6,578 nucleotides of DNA. Source: a virus. The position numbers were made by a program, and so were the translations under genes. The number at the start of each line of letters is the position of its first letter. Position 1 is the stretch's first letter. The stretch lies in IMG/VR virus record IMGVR_UViG_3300022493_000042, positions 1-6,578 of that record. One strand, given 5' to 3'. This document shows, one piece after another, positions 5,189-6,578 of the stretch. The notes under the pieces were generated by a model. It saw only the letters and a list, made by a program, of their open reading frames with translations. It was not told the origin of the DNA and ran no database searches.

Positions 5189-6578
5189 ATGTCTGAGTTC
5201 TCTTTATACGGTTGTTTTGCTCCGAGGAAGGTGTTTAACAAATACCTCGGTCGTGAAATTGTCGCTAATTGCGGAAAGTGTGCATATTGTCGCTCGCTCC
5301 GCTCTTTTGACCTTACCAGCCGTGTACAAAGAGAATTTGTAAATCAGGGTGCAAATACTGCACTCTTTATAACTTTGACTTATGACAACGACCACCTCCC
5401 TGTTTATCAGTACAACGGGCGTTCCCGCAAATGGCATTCAAACTGTGGTTATCCCGACTTCGGTGATATCCCCGAACAGTACGTGTCCGATTATCCCGCT
5501 CCCGTAGGTTATGATATTGATGCTAAAATGCCACTGCGTGCGCTCGGCACTCGCTCGGCTTCACGCTTTAAGATGCGCCCTGCGTTCGCTCATCTTTGCT
5601 ACCCCGATGTGCAAAAGTACATTAGCCTGTTGCGTGCTAAGTTTTTTGCTATCTGCGCTCGCTACGATGATAGCCCTTTACATATCGCTTACGAGAATAC
5701 TGATTTGACCTATGAGACATTTTCCCTGCGTTACGCTGTGTGCGGAGAATACGGACCCTCTTCGTTCCGCCCGCATTATCACGTTATTATTTGGCTCAAC
5801 CACCAGGCAAACGATAGACAACTTTCAGCACTCTCGCAAATCTTTTCTAAGAGTTGGACGCTTGGTAATATCGATGTGCAGACCGTTACCTCGGATGGTG
5901 TTTCAGGATATTTGGCTGACTACGTTACAGGCGTTAATGGCATTCCGCCTATACTACAAGGTAGAAGAGTACGTCCCTGCTTTCATTTCTCGCAAAGCCC
6001 TACTATCGGTATGCTCCGCTTGGGTGAAGATGAGGTACAGAAAATACTCTTTACAGGAGATGCTATCAGACGTAGATTTGATGACAGACGACAGTCTGTT
6101 ATTGTTGAGGAGCTTCCCCTTGCGACTCTCAATAAGTACTTCCCAAAGTGTAAAGGATATAGCACAGATGATTTTGCGCGCCTCCGTTATGTGTATGGAT
6201 ACGCTTACCGTTACTTTCAGGAGCGAGGACTTACCCACCGCCCCGATGAGGTAGATGCTCTTCGTCTTGTAGATGTCCCCTTTCCTGTGCGGTTGATGTC
6301 TGCTGATGCGTCAAGATATTACCGTGTTGCTCCTCGTCTCCTCGGCTCGTCTTTCAATTTCCCCGACAATGTTCGTGCTGGTCTTTGGACGTGGTGCCGT
6401 GCAGATAGGTACGCTTCGCTACAGTGTTATAGGATGTGTGTTAAGTATGGTATTACGCCCGATGTCTACATATATCAGTTGCGGGCTATTTACTCTCGCA
6501 TACACTCTCGCAAACTTGGTCGGTTTTACGACTGGTGCAACGATCACCCCGATAATTTGCCTCAGGCTATTAATGTAG
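5189..6578 (+). CDS. VP4: Replication initiation protein Rep (VP4 / gene A-like, HUH rolling-circle endonuclease), N-terminal 463 codons. The ORF runs through the window end and continues at 1..384, about 548 aa in total.
   Basis: Translated by hand: MSEFSLYGCFAPRKVFNKYLGREIVANCGKCAYCRSL...ALFITLTYDNDHLP (motif I-like), RPHYHVIIW (HUH motif, 5774-5782), and GYLADYVTG (two Tyr spaced i, i+4 as in phiX174 A Y343/Y347, 5909-5923). It is the first ATG after an in-frame stop at 5180-5182 and starts 2 nt after the lysozyme stop. The track omits it because no stop is reached inside the window. Confidence 0.88.
   Translation, partial: MSEFSLYGCFAPRKVFNKYLGREIVANCGKCAYCRSLRSFDLTSRVQREFVNQGANTALFITLTYDNDHLPVYQYNGRSRKWHSNCGYPDFGDIPEQYVSDYPAPVGYDIDAKMPLRALGTRSASRFKMRPAFAHLCYPDVQKYISLLRAKFFAICARYDDSPLHIAYENTDLTYETFSLRYAVCGEYGPSSFRPHYHVIIWLNHQANDRQLSALSQIFSKSWTLGNIDVQTVTSDGVSGYLADYVTGVNGIPPILQGRRVRPCFHFSQSPTIGMLRLGEDEVQKILFTGDAIRRRFDDRRQSVIVEELPLATLNKYFPKCKGYSTDDFARLRYVYGYAYRYFQERGLTHRPDEVDALRLVDVPFPVRLMSADASRYYRVAPRLLGSSFNFPDNVRAGLWTWCRADRYASLQCYRMCVKYGITPDVYIYQLRAIYSRIHSRKLGRFYDWCNDHPDNLPQAINV
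6452..6578. repeat. Second copy of the 127-nt terminal redundancy (equals 1..127). Marks the circular junction.
   Basis: Exact identity to 1..127. Confidence 0.95.

Noticed and set aside
392-6238. All minus-strand ORFs (392..574, 549..1019, 1722..1964, 2559..2828, 2794..2988, 3042..3248, 3359..3610, 4111..4296, 5204..5437, 5954..6238, 5983..6165)
   Set aside because: Microviridae transcribe a single strand. These ORFs are short, antisense to strongly supported genes, and have atypical composition. They are chance ORFs.

Overview
The window looks like one complete circular genome of a Microviridae-type ssDNA phage, about 6,451 nt long. Positions 1..127 are identical to 6452..6578, which is the expected overlap when a circular genome is assembled as a linear contig. 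All credible genes are on the + strand and tightly packed, often 1-3 nt apart. In circular order they are: replication initiator Rep (5189..6451, continuing 1..384; about 548 aa); major capsid VP1 (387..2366); a 150-aa acidic ORF that may be a scaffold protein (2370..2822); a 60-72 aa membrane ORF with two possible starts (2773 or 2809..2991); pilot/DNA-injection protein VP2 (3003..4124); a 41-aa single-TM peptide (4126..4251); a ~400-nt non-coding region with hairpins and direct repeats (4252..4649); and a GH24 P22/T4-type lysozyme (4650..5186). No start codon has a Shine-Dalgarno sequence, and a Bacteroides-type promoter motif (TTTG / TAnnTTTG) precedes the lysozyme. Together with the genome size and capsid length, this points to an Alpavirinae-like microvirus of a Bacteroidales host. 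The most notable content is an apparent endolysin-plus-small-membrane-protein lysis module in a microvirus, and a structured intergenic region that may hold the Rep nick site or origin.
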